This document shows, one piece after another, positions 17,875 through 27,150 of a stretch of DNA of 64,000 bases. Every line of letters starts with the position of its first letter. Within the stretch, counting starts at the first letter, position 1. This stretch comes from an uncultured Rubripirellula sp. (GTDB taxonomy: Bacteria > Planctomycetota > Planctomycetia > Pirellulales > Pirellulaceae). The stretch lies in NCBI GenBank assembly GCA_938085445.1, contig CALKGR010000001.1:1-64000 (forward strand), given 5' to 3'. The notes under the pieces were generated by a model, which saw nothing but the letters and a program-made list of their open reading frames with translations, made no database searches and was not told the DNA's origin. A program made the translations under genes and the position numbers.

Positions 17875-20800
17875 TTAGTTGGCAGGGACAGGGGTCCGGT
17901 AAATGACACCCTCAGTGCCGGGGACCAGCAGCATGCCATCATCGACCAATGGTGTAGCTGAAACGGGCTGCCCCAAATCGGTTGCGCCCGTCACAGTTCC
18001 GGTTTCAGGATCAAACACAACGAGCCAGCCGGCCTTCCCTGCAAGCACAATTTTGCCATCACTCATGATCGGCTTACCGACAGGCAAACCAGCCGGAACT
18101 GGAATTTGGAACAACTCTTTTCCCTCTGCATCAATTCCTCGCAACTGTGAATCATCAGTCTGATAGAGACCGTATTCACCCACGGCAACCGGCCCCCAAA
18201 CCACTCGCCCGTCGAGCAGGACTTTGAATTTCGGCTTCAAGCTGACGATGTCAAAACCAACAATGAAATCAGCTGCTGGACCAGCTGTGGCACCCACAAC
18301 CGTATTGCCAACTCCCGCAATTTGATCCAGCAGGTCAAACTCCAAGTCAGCGGATGCGAGTTCACGAATCTGATCGCCCACTCGTAAGCGGTACAATTTC
18401 TTGCGACTGTCAGCAAGAATGACTTGGTCAAGATCGCTCGGCAGCGTAAGCGAATTGGTCCAGTTGACCTGTTTATTCGGATCACTCGCAGGTTGGAACG
18501 GTGTTCCAATTGTCTTGCCAGTACGCCAGTCCACCAGTACAGCCCTGCCGTTGTTCAACGGCAAGAACAAACCACCTCCTGCCACGATTCCTCCGTCTGT
18601 CGGCTTTCCGGCTGAGAAGCTCATGGTGACTTGTCGAAGCTTTCCAAGCTCTCGTTGCGGCTCGTACACGATGATTGACTGGCCATCCACTTGATTCAAC
18701 ATCAGACTTCGACTCTCGTCGATGGCGATTGGGTCTTCGAATCTGATAGCGACTGACTTCGCGCCTGGATTGTCGATGGGACCATTGGTTGAGCCCGCAT
18801 TTTCAGCTTCGGAGTCAATTTCGAACAAAGCGGCCTGAGTCGTGACACTCTGTAATGCGTCACTGCCTGGTGGCTTGCTCAGCAAAGCGACCGGTACTCC
18901 AACGTCCGTTCGCCAGATCTCTTCCCCGGTTTTAGGATCTGCGGCAGTAACTCGAATGGCCGATGTCCCCCGCAGGACCCTTGCGTACACCAAGGCATCA
19001 TCTGCCGAGTATGGCTGGCCGATGAACGTGTCAAACTCATGCTTGATCCAATCACGGATCACTCGACCGGTATTGATCTGGAGTTCATAACGACCAATTC
19101 TCGTACCAGTAATCCACATTTGACTTCGCCCAACGGCCATCTGCGTGGATGTAGGTTGCTCGTAAAACGGCGGCAGTTTCGCAGCCTCCGTCACCTGATT
19201 CGTTTCAGCCGTTGGTTCAATGTCGTAGACGACGACTTCCCCCAGATCAGTCAACACGATCAGTCTGCGTCCCTGGATGATGGGTGGTACACGGACATTT
19301 CCAGTAAGCCTGAAACTTTGCGTTTCCTGAACCTGCCCACCAGTTTCGTCAACACGAAGCACCCTGAGGTTTGCATAGTCACTGCCCGCGTTGACAATCA
19401 CAAAAACATGCCCCAGCAACGGAACGGGTGGAACACTGACGGTGCCCGGTTCATGCCCGACGTAGAAACTTTCGACGCAGGATCCATTACGCGTGTTGAG
19501 TAGATAGAGATTGCTGTGATCCCCAACGACGTATGCCCTTTTAGCTCGATCATCGACACCGGGTGCAACATCGAGATTCTGAGGAACTTGGGAAACCCAT
19601 TTTGCATCACCAGTTTCGACATCCAGACAGATCACTCTGCCAGAATCCGTGGACACATAAATCTCATCACCATTACTGATTGGCTGCCCGAACGGCTCGC
19701 CTATGGTTGTTCGCCATAAAACCCGTCCATCGTCTTCACTGCAACGTAAAACTTCAAGTGTCGAGGATTCGCTTAGTAGCACGCCGTCTTCGAGTCGCAA
19801 TGGCGGAAGTTCTTTTGAATATCCAACAAACTTCCGCCATCGAAGTTTTCCATTCTCACCGTCAAACGCTAAAATTGAGCCACCAGCACGGAAGTAAAGC
19901 GTGACTCCACGCAATTCCGGAGCAACCTTTCCTGCCAAGGTGGTCAACAAAACGGACTCTGCACCACCATCTTCTGAAACCGCCTCACCTGCTTCAGGCA
20001 AATTTGCTGAGGGCCCAACCAGACCCTGCTGTATCTCGCTGGCTTCCAGAATCAATTTGACAAGTCGTTCATTTTCCCGCAGGTCGGGAAAATTCCGCAG
20101 CAGTTCAGTACGCGTATCGTACGCATCTTTCGTGTTTTTCGCAGCGAGTGAAACCATCATCGACTCCTCTGCTTTGTCGAGACTGATATTTCGATTGATA
20201 TCACGCTCGACGCGAGCTCGATCCTCTTCCAACGAAAGCAATTTCCCCTCCAAGTTCGTACGATCAGAGGCAGACATGTAAGCCGCGTTGTTCATGAGTT
20301 CCCGCTGCTCATCAAGTACTGCTAGCAGCTGCTGCTTTCGAGGCGTCTCTTTGGCACGGCCCGCTGCCGAGGCAAGATTTTGAGCAATCTTCACCATCAA
20401 AAGAGCCAGGTTCGACCGCTCTTCATTCATCCCCTCCTCTTCCGCAATTGCAGGCAACTTTTCCTTTGCCAGATTGACGGCCTGTTCGGGTTCCTGCTTA
20501 AACTCGGCAGCTTTGTAAAGCTCCGTCATGGTAATACGCGTACGTGCCATAGATGAATACTGATGATCATCTCCGAACATTTCCAAGAAAGTGACATAGT
20601 CATCTTGTGCGGATTGGTAGGTCAGGCTGTCGTAAGCGTCATTCGCCCTCGCGATGAAGGCATCAGCATCTTCTCGACTCAGGATCCACCAACCAGCTCC
20701 CAGGGTCAGCAACAAGAGAATGATGATCGCGACATAGCCGTAGATTTTGAACGAGTCCCAAACTGTCTTTGGCTCCTCCGGCTTCCTACGCGAGGGTGTC

Positions 20801-21234
20801 GGCCGCTCTCTTGGCGTGTCCTCCGCCATTCCACCTCCTAGTGCCTCAACCCCAACCGGAGTTGCTTCCACGGGGACAGCTTCAACAGGAACAGCTTCGA
20901 CGGGGACCGCTTCCGCTTCAAAGACAGGAGTCGCGACGGGCTCAGCCTGCCCCGCCTCCTCAACCACAACTGCAGTTTCATCCACACCGGCAGTCAAGTC
21001 AGAGTCTTGATTCTCTGCAACGACCGGTTCGTCGTATTCACCACTACGCAATTCACCAATCAACTTGGTAGCCTGAAAATGCGTCAACTGGCCGTTATCT
21101 ACTAATAGTTTGGCCACTGCTTCAGGCGTGATTCGCGTACCACTTTGCTCCAACTGTTCGCGAAGGGCTTCGATGATCTCCTGGTCAAGCAATCCCAGTC
21201 GCTCTATGCGGTCGATCAATTCGTTTGCAAGCAT
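17875..21234 (-). CDS. Membrane-anchored PQQ-like beta-propeller repeat protein
   Basis: Repeats AFDGENGKLRW, DDGRVLW, CLDVETGDAKW, DPKTGEEIW, FDPETG; one TM (IYGYVAIIILLLLTLGAGWWIL); helical/coiled-coil region. Confidence 0.85.
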   Translation of the reverse strand: MLANELIDRIERLGLLDQEIIEALREQLEQSGTRITPEAVAKLLVDNGQLTHFQATKLIGELRSGEYDEPVVAENQDSDLTAGVDETAVVVEEAGQAEPVATPVFEAEAVPVEAVPVEAVPVEATPVGVEALGGGMAEDTPRERPTPSRRKPEEPKTVWDSFKIYGYVAIIILLLLTLGAGWWILSREDADAFIARANDAYDSLTYQSAQDDYVTFLEMFGDDHQYSSMARTRITMTELYKAAEFKQEPEQAVNLAKEKLPAIAEEEGMNEERSNLALLMVKIAQNLASAAGRAKETPRKQQLLAVLDEQRELMNNAAYMSASDRTNLEGKLLSLEEDRARVERDINRNISLDKAEESMMVSLAAKNTKDAYDTRTELLRNFPDLRENERLVKLILEASEIQQGLVGPSANLPEAGEAVSEDGGAESVLLTTLAGKVAPELRGVTLYFRAGGSILAFDGENGKLRWRKFVGYSKELPPLRLEDGVLLSESSTLEVLRCSEDDGRVLWRTTIGEPFGQPISNGDEIYVSTDSGRVICLDVETGDAKWVSQVPQNLDVAPGVDDRAKRAYVVGDHSNLYLLNTRNGSCVESFYVGHEPGTVSVPPVPLLGHVFVIVNAGSDYANLRVLRVDETGGQVQETQSFRLTGNVRVPPIIQGRRLIVLTDLGEVVVYDIEPTAETNQVTEAAKLPPFYEQPTSTQMAVGRSQMWITGTRIGRYELQINTGRVIRDWIKHEFDTFIGQPYSADDALVYARVLRGTSAIRVTAADPKTGEEIWRTDVGVPVALLSKPPGSDALQSVTTQAALFEIDSEAENAGSTNGPIDNPGAKSVAIRFEDPIAIDESRSLMLNQVDGQSIIVYEPQRELGKLRQVTMSFSAGKPTDGGIVAGGGLFLPLNNGRAVLVDWRTGKTIGTPFQPASDPNKQVNWTNSLTLPSDLDQVILADSRKKLYRLRVGDQIRELASADLEFDLLDQIAGVGNTVVGATAGPAADFIVGFDIVSLKPKFKVLLDGRVVWGPVAVGEYGLYQTDDSQLRGIDAEGKELFQIPVPAGLPVGKPIMSDGKIVLAGKAGWLVVFDPETGTVTGATDLGQPVSATPLVDDGMLLVPGTEGVIYRTPVPAN

Positions 21235-21370
21235 GTCTTTGTCGGTTTCTACAGTGAAAAATAATCAGTCAACGATTTCTGCTCAGGCACCGCCGTGGTT
21301 CGATCCAGGCTGGTGCTGTTGATCAAGGCAAAAGGGGCTTAATCAGTCTTCGAATGATGTTTTTTGTTCA

Positions 21371-22132
21371 TTAATAAAACTCCTCAACTTGGGTGACTTC
21401 CAGTTCGGTGAATCCAGCGATGGTCCCCGCGTCCATGGCATCGACCAGTGAGTGAAGTTTAGCCATCTCATGAACTTTGACGATCAGTCTCATACCATCT
21501 TTGCTCGCACTCAGTGCATCTTTGAAGGCAGTCACCAAACCCTGCTTTCCAACCGTTTCGCGTTCCCAATCCTGCGCGATGACCAGAAAACCTCCGAATT
21601 CGTCGACCTCAACTTCGATCGATTCCAATTCATCATCTTCTTCCTCAACCACCGAGGTACTCGGGGCATCGGTTTGCTGACGTGGCATTTCAATTGACTT
21701 TTGCAAGCTGAATGCGGCCGTCACCATGAAAAAGATCAACAGCAGGAACGTGACATCCACCATCGGCGTCATGTCCATTTCTTCTTCGGGACGTTTTTTC
21801 CGAATCAGAACCTCATCAATTTCTTCTTCGTCGTCGACAGCAGGCTGAACTGCTTGGGTCACTGCATCTGCGGTTTTCCGTGAGGCAGCGGGGCTTGATC
21901 CTTCTTGTTCATCTACGGAATTCGGGGCGATCGGTTCAGCCATGACAACCTCTGTTTCCGCTTCACCAGCAACATCGTCGACTGTCGCCGTGCTGCCGAG
22001 TTCCGCATCGACCGTTTTCTCGGGTACAGCCACGACTACATCGCAGCTAGGGCAACGCACGCTCCGTCCCGCCAACCGATCATTGACGTGGTGGCTGGCT
22101 CCACACTCCAGGCAACTGACTTCGATCGACAT
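21371..22132 (-). CDS. exbD: ExbD/TolR family protein with N-terminal zinc ribbon
   Basis: CLEC-x16-CPSC, then an acidic linker, then the TM MDMTPMVDVTFLLLIFFMVT. Confidence 0.88.
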   Translation of the reverse strand: MSIEVSCLECGASHHVNDRLAGRSVRCPSCDVVVAVPEKTVDAELGSTATVDDVAGEAETEVVMAEPIAPNSVDEQEGSSPAASRKTADAVTQAVQPAVDDEEEIDEVLIRKKRPEEEMDMTPMVDVTFLLLIFFMVTAAFSLQKSIEMPRQQTDAPSTSVVEEEDDELESIEVEVDEFGGFLVIAQDWERETVGKQGLVTAFKDALSASKDGMRLIVKVHEMAKLHSLVDAMDAGTIAGFTELEVTQVEEFY

Positions 22133-22310
22133 TAAGAAAACCCGATTTATTCCGTATTCAACATTTCAATAACACACGCGTTCCACTCTCTGACAAAAAG
22201 CACAGGAACGATCCAAAACTGCTCAACGAAAAGCCCACGCAAAATCGCTGCAGCGTCACAGAGACCCTCCCTATCGGGCTCGGGTCCCCAGACCGACACT
22301 TTTCTTCAAA

Positions 22311-22796
22311 TCATTGCTCTTTCACGGCGATGTAAGTCGAATCCAGATCTTCAAAAGCATCTCCGATGATTTTCTGGACACGCGTTACCTTCCCAACTTT
22401 TACATTTGCATCTCCAAACAGCATCACATGCTGTTTGCTCGCACCCAAAGACTTCTCGAGTTCCTCAGTGATGTACTCGATAATTTCAGTTGCCTGAATT
22501 TCCTCATCGGTACTGAAATTCGAACCATCCATACGCGACAAGATCACCTCATCACCCGCGCCCGGGTTGATAAAGATGACGGCGGAGTTTTTCGCTGCAA
22601 TCGCAAGACCGTTATCTGCTTCAGGAATCGTACCGATCTTCGTAGGATCCATGGTTGAGCAAACAATGAAGAAGATCAACAACAGAAACGTGATGTCGAT
22701 CATGGGTGTGATGTCCATCTCGTCATCGTCACGCTTCTTGCGAGGCAACGCGAAGTCGTCCTCGTCATCTTCAATCAGATTTGGGTTGTCACTCAT
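22311..22796 (-). CDS. exbD: ExbD/TolR family protein
   Basis: MDITPMIDITFLLLIFFIV with the conserved TM Asp; LFGDANV motif. Confidence 0.9.
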   Translation of the reverse strand: MSDNPNLIEDDEDDFALPRKKRDDDEMDITPMIDITFLLLIFFIVCSTMDPTKIGTIPEADNGLAIAAKNSAVIFINPGAGDEVILSRMDGSNFSTDEEIQATEIIEYITEELEKSLGASKQHVMLFGDANVKVGKVTRVQKIIGDAFEDLDSTYIAVKEQ

Positions 22797-22894
22797 CTTT
22801 CAGTCAAATTGGTCTCAAAAGTTTCACGTTTGATCATTTCCATCATTCAGCTCAGAAGAGCAGAAAACGGATTTCCGTTTCACCAATGCAAATT

Positions 22895-23605
22895 TCACTC
22901 AACACGGGACTGCGACGTCATAGGCTCGACCGTTGACGCTGCTGTGCCACCGCGTGACGACGAATACTTTGACAGTGCTTCCCGGTAAACGGTCATGAAG
23001 CGGACCAGACCTGCACCTACCAGATCCTCCATTTTTGCAATTCTAATGTTGACATTCGCGACCAAAATCATGAGTGGAATAGCAATGGCCAATCCACAGG
23101 CGGTAGTTCGAAGAGCAATGTTAATATCCGACGCTAAAGCAGACGGCTCCACAGACGTAGATGTCGCAAGCGTTTCGAACGCTCCCATCATCCCGAAAAC
23201 GGTTCCAAACAAACCAATCATTGGGGCACTTTTGATCACAGTACTGACCCAACTGAGGCGGTACTCGACATCACTCATCACATCGCGCTGAAAGCGGTCC
23301 ATCACGAAGGTCCTAGCCTTTTTGTAGCCCATCTCACGATGCTCGACGGCCATCCCCACGATCTGGGCGACTGCACGCTTATCGCCTTCGCAATATTCGG
23401 TGACTCCCTCAAAATCTCCCCCTGCAAGCATCTGTTCAACATCGTCCATGAAGAAATCCTGCTCTTCCTCGGACTTAAAACGCTTCTGATTCACCCGAGA
23501 CCAGACAATGACAATGCAATACAACCCCCAAAGAGCGACCCCTGCGAGGGCGCCATAGGTAGCATTGGAGATAATTTCGAAAAGGGACATTTCAGCAAGT
23601 AGCAT
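22895..23605 (-). CDS. exbB: MotA/TolQ/ExbB proton channel protein
   Basis: APMIGLFGTVFGMMGAF and INIALRTTACGLAIAIP, with the conserved Thr/Pro residues. Confidence 0.92.
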   Translation of the reverse strand: MLLAEMSLFEIISNATYGALAGVALWGLYCIVIVWSRVNQKRFKSEEEQDFFMDDVEQMLAGGDFEGVTEYCEGDKRAVAQIVGMAVEHREMGYKKARTFVMDRFQRDVMSDVEYRLSWVSTVIKSAPMIGLFGTVFGMMGAFETLATSTSVEPSALASDINIALRTTACGLAIAIPLMILVANVNIRIAKMEDLVGAGLVRFMTVYREALSKYSSSRGGTAASTVEPMTSQSRVE

Positions 23606-24134
23606 CGGCGGTCAGTTCCTTAACTTCGTAGCCAGAAATTTAAGTTCGTTGTGATGAGCGTTCAGACCATTTACTGCGGCCCAATTGCATTTTGAAAAGT
23701 AATGGGCACCATCAATGCCCATCAGCATCAGAGGCAACCTAAAACGAGATTCGAAGTTTCGGACGACCATGATGACGGTGATCCGGCAACCAGTTTCTCG
23801 CGGTTGGCTCCTTACAGCATATTCGAGTTGAGTTTTTCCTACTTGGTTTGACGGGCCCTGAACCACAATTTTGAACAAATCTCGCAGTTCACGGGAGGAC
23901 TCGTAGGGGTGAATCGTGGATTCCCCCCTGTTGGCAGTCGATCGTTCCCCTTCACTCCGTCCATCAGTTCCTGTGACATGAGCTTGATCAGATCACCTCA
24001 GCACCTTGGAAAATCCGTTTTTTTTGTTGGCCCCTTCACAACCCCCATGCTCCGGGAAACCCAAGTGTCCAACAGACCACACAGCACCCGACAGCCTCTC
24101 ACAAGGCCGAACGCACGACGCGCCCGCGAACCTC

Positions 24135-25091
24135 CTACTTTTTTGGTTTTCGATAACGTTGACTAGTGACCTCAAATTTGTAGCCACCTCCATCCGCTTT
24201 GCTCTCGAAGACTGTTTTCGCGATTTGAGTCACGGAGTTGTAGCCTTTTGACTCCCAATAAGTCTTTTCTATCTGAGCCAACTCATTTTCCAACTGCGTT
24301 GGGATGAACTTGAGCATTTGACGATTCGGCAGCGGAATGCCGGCCTTACCCAGCAACTGCTGGTCAAACTGCATCAGAGGACTTGGACTGTTCCACATGA
24401 AGTACAGCCTTTTCTCATCCTCGGTCTTCACGACCCGATATTTCTTGGGGCTGCCAGAAAGATTACTCGCAACATCAACTCCCTGAATCGACCCACCGAT
24501 CGCTCCAAGCTCAATTTTGTAAAAGTCCAGTTGCTTCGCATATAAGCCAATATCACGGGCAGTGAAGTTGAGCTGCCATCGTTCGAATCGCGGGATAATA
24601 TCCTCTCCTTCTCCGGGAGGCCCCGGTGGACGACTATCCCCTGCCCCTGTCCCGGCAGTGGTTGCAGTTGCCGTGGTATCAGTAGTGACGAGAGTAGCCG
24701 CCACCGAACTTACAGCATCTGTCACAGCCTCAATCGTGTCCTGCAGCGTCGGCTCCATCAACTCTTCAACTTCCTCTGCACCCGGTGGCTCAAAATCGCG
24801 TTCAAAGCCCTCGGGATTTTCACCGCGTCCAGCTGGATTCTCAATGATCGGCTCAATTGCCCGAGGAGGGAATACCCAGCGGGTCGTCAGGAAGATAATG
24901 ACGACCATCAGCGTCAGCGTACCGATGAAAAGGATAAGAGCCATCAGAAACGAGGTGACTAAATCAAACCGGCTGGTCCGTAATTTGTCACGTTCAGCCG
25001 CCCGTTGATGAGCCCGTGTCTCAGACTGTGTCTGGTCTGATGCATTTTGGGCTGGCCCATCGGTCATTTTTTGGCCCGTAGCTGATGCCAT
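24135..25091 (-). CDS. Single-TM hypothetical protein with Pro/acidic linker and globular C-domain
   Basis: Hydrophobic segment FLMALILFIGTLTLMVVIIFL, then a PPRAIEP...EPPGAEE...RPPGPPGEG linker. Confidence 0.8.
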   Translation of the reverse strand: MASATGQKMTDGPAQNASDQTQSETRAHQRAAERDKLRTSRFDLVTSFLMALILFIGTLTLMVVIIFLTTRWVFPPRAIEPIIENPAGRGENPEGFERDFEPPGAEEVEELMEPTLQDTIEAVTDAVSSVAATLVTTDTTATATTAGTGAGDSRPPGPPGEGEDIIPRFERWQLNFTARDIGLYAKQLDFYKIELGAIGGSIQGVDVASNLSGSPKKYRVVKTEDEKRLYFMWNSPSPLMQFDQQLLGKAGIPLPNRQMLKFIPTQLENELAQIEKTYWESKGYNSVTQIAKTVFESKADGGGYKFEVTSQRYRKPKK

Positions 25092-25157
25092 TTCGAAAAC
25101 CTATGAATCTGTTCTTAAGTCGAGTCTGGTGGTAAACAATTCGATGCTCCGCATGAC

Positions 25158-26858
25158 CTACAAATCGTAGTCCAAAAACACGTATTTGGGATTCATGGTG
25201 CGATACCAATCCCGCCACTTGTCCTGAACTTGATCAACCTCAGCCGGAGTTGGATCATTCGATAAGTCGAATCCGTCGAATCGACGACTGATAAATCTGA
25301 GTCCATCCCTTGCATAGCGACGTACCGAAGTATCCGGATCACTGAGAGCATAGATCAGGGACGGCACGACACGAAGCTCATCAGTTTTCCCCAGCAACCG
25401 TGCTGCTACTCGGCGGGCCTGCCAAGACTGGCTGCCTCTGACCAATCTTTCCAGACGATCCATTTGAGAAGCCCTCACCGCCGGGTCAGCATCCAGCTCA
25501 AGATCGTCGGGGATTGATTTCCCTTCTGTTTCCCCAGCACCATCTTTCTCGAGGATATCGAGCATATCTGTGACCTGAGCAGCCACCGGCCGGCCTTTGA
25601 TCTGAGTGCCATCAACGCGAATGTCGGTGGTATCTTTGGGTAAGCCGTAACCGCCTTGAAGGCTACCCTGGCTCATCGTGAAAATCGTTTTCTGTGTACT
25701 TCGGATCAGGAACAGCAGCGCAAAGGCCGTGCTCACCGGAGGACGAGTTTGTGAACGATCCGTCCAACCCCCATCAGCTCCCTGTGTCTGCTTCAATTCA
25801 TCAACCACTCGGTTGTACCAGGCAGGACTGAGATCCTTTGGTGAACCATTGGCAATTTCCACAAAGCTTTCAAATCTCTCAAGGGTATAAATTCGATAGT
25901 AGTACCAGTCTATCCCCGACTTTTTGTATGGATTTTTCTGACGCCAACCACGCATGAAGCCAATCGAACGCTTGATCGGTGTCTCGCTCATGGAACCCCG
26001 CTTACGGCGTTTAACATTCTTATCCTCTTTGAAGATTTTGATTGCCTTGGGTAACCCGGGGATTCCCGTATCCGCATCAGCATCTGTGTTGCCCCACAGC
26101 CTCAGCGCATCAGCACCAATCAAAAGGCTACTGCCGCCAGCTAAGGCCATCGAGTCAGTCATTTCACGCGTGCTTTGAGCGATATTACCCTTGCCTGCTC
26201 CCGGGTCCATCGCATGGTAAGGCCAACCTCCACCCGGATCTTGCACGCGTAACAACCACTGCAGGCTCTCGGTGACACGGTTGTAATCAAGAGGAATGCC
26301 ATTCCGGTCAAGCGTCCAGATAGCCAGCATTCCGTACTGACTCATCGAGATATCGCCACTTTTCTTGGGATCATCATCCGGGTAACAAAACGCGCCGTTC
26401 CCGCTTTGATATTGCACCAGATACTGTTGCAGCGTTTGCAACTCGCTGCGATAGGCGTCTGCATCAACTTCCGCGAAGAGAAGCACACTGATCGCGATCA
26501 CATACGTTCGCTTCTGTGGTGATTTCCCCCCACCCCTTGTTAAGCTACTCACCACAGCCTTGGCTGTTTTTATCGCTCTTTTCACAGCCGCACTGTCAGG
26601 ATCGTGTCGACATTTGTGGTGAGCGTATCCGATGAGAATCGCCTCGCCGGCGATCGCTGAAAAAGGATCACCACCCCCAAAATCCTCATCCTTCAATTTT
26701 TCGAGATACGACACTCCCTCATTGACCATTTTCGTCACTACCGGACCGGTCGGTGTGTAAGCAAACGCGGGGGTACCAGCGATCGCGACCAAGAACAACG
26801 CCATCAACGTTGCAAAATGCCAAAACCGCGGTGAGTGATTACTTTCACAAATACTCAT
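25158..26858 (-). CDS. Exported prenyltransferase/squalene-cyclase-repeat (alpha/alpha barrel) protein with C-terminal HEAT repeats
   Basis: QW-like repeats LVQYQSGNGAF, LLRVQDPGGGWPY, LKQTQGADGGW; STAFALLFL; HEAT-like RRVAARLLG / LIYALSDPDTSVRRYA; signal peptide ending AFA. Confidence 0.8.
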   Translation of the reverse strand: MSICESNHSPRFWHFATLMALFLVAIAGTPAFAYTPTGPVVTKMVNEGVSYLEKLKDEDFGGGDPFSAIAGEAILIGYAHHKCRHDPDSAAVKRAIKTAKAVVSSLTRGGGKSPQKRTYVIAISVLLFAEVDADAYRSELQTLQQYLVQYQSGNGAFCYPDDDPKKSGDISMSQYGMLAIWTLDRNGIPLDYNRVTESLQWLLRVQDPGGGWPYHAMDPGAGKGNIAQSTREMTDSMALAGGSSLLIGADALRLWGNTDADADTGIPGLPKAIKIFKEDKNVKRRKRGSMSETPIKRSIGFMRGWRQKNPYKKSGIDWYYYRIYTLERFESFVEIANGSPKDLSPAWYNRVVDELKQTQGADGGWTDRSQTRPPVSTAFALLFLIRSTQKTIFTMSQGSLQGGYGLPKDTTDIRVDGTQIKGRPVAAQVTDMLDILEKDGAGETEGKSIPDDLELDADPAVRASQMDRLERLVRGSQSWQARRVAARLLGKTDELRVVPSLIYALSDPDTSVRRYARDGLRFISRRFDGFDLSNDPTPAEVDQVQDKWRDWYRTMNPKYVFLDYDL

Positions 26859-26941
26859 GGACAAGCCTGTTCAAACCTTGAAAACAGAAGAATTTTTTCT
26901 CGCAGGGATCGAAACCCGCAAATGGAGAAGAGATGAACCGA

Positions 26942-26971
26942 TTGACGACCTTACGCATCATACCCTACGAT
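26942..26971 (+). promoter_or_regulatory. Candidate sigma-70 promoter for tRNA-Phe
   Basis: TTGACG-N18-TACGAT about 80 bp upstream of the tRNA; followed by the hairpin CTTCGTCGA-N5-TCGACGAAG (26976-26998). Confidence 0.55.
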
Positions 26972-27049
26972 CGCTCTTCGTCGAATTGATCGACGAAGGT
27001 GCTTCCGATTTGTTTTGTCATGATTAAAATACAAGCGTCGAAGTACCTA

Positions 27050-27122
27050 GGTCAGGTAGCTCAGTTGGTAGAGCACGGCCCTGAAAAGGCCGGTGTCGGC
27101 GGTTCGAGCCCGCCCCTGACCA
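27050..27122 (+). tRNA. tRNA-Phe (GAA); CCA not encoded
   Basis: Full cloverleaf: acceptor GGTCAGG/CCTGACC, D-arm GCTC/GAGC, anticodon arm CGGCC-CTGAAAA-GGCCG, T-arm GGCGG-TTCGAGC-CCGCC, discriminator A. Confidence 0.97.
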
Positions 27123-27128
27123 CTCTCT

Positions 27129-27150
27129 TGCCAGCTTCTGGCATTTCTCT
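27129..27150 (+). terminator. Candidate terminator after tRNA-Phe
   Basis: TGCCAG-CTT-CTGGCA followed by TTTCTCT; a second weak hairpin plus T6 at 27172-27191. Confidence 0.35.

Noticed and set aside
23885..23935. GGGGTGAATC resembling the c-di-AMP (ydaO) riboswitch core
   Set aside because: It is on the strand opposite the flanking genes, the other conserved elements are missing, and it is simply one arm of a local hairpin.
25158..26858. Hopanoid/sterol cyclase or terpene biosynthetic cluster
   Set aside because: No DxDD motif, a signal peptide is present, and no isoprenoid pathway genes are nearby.
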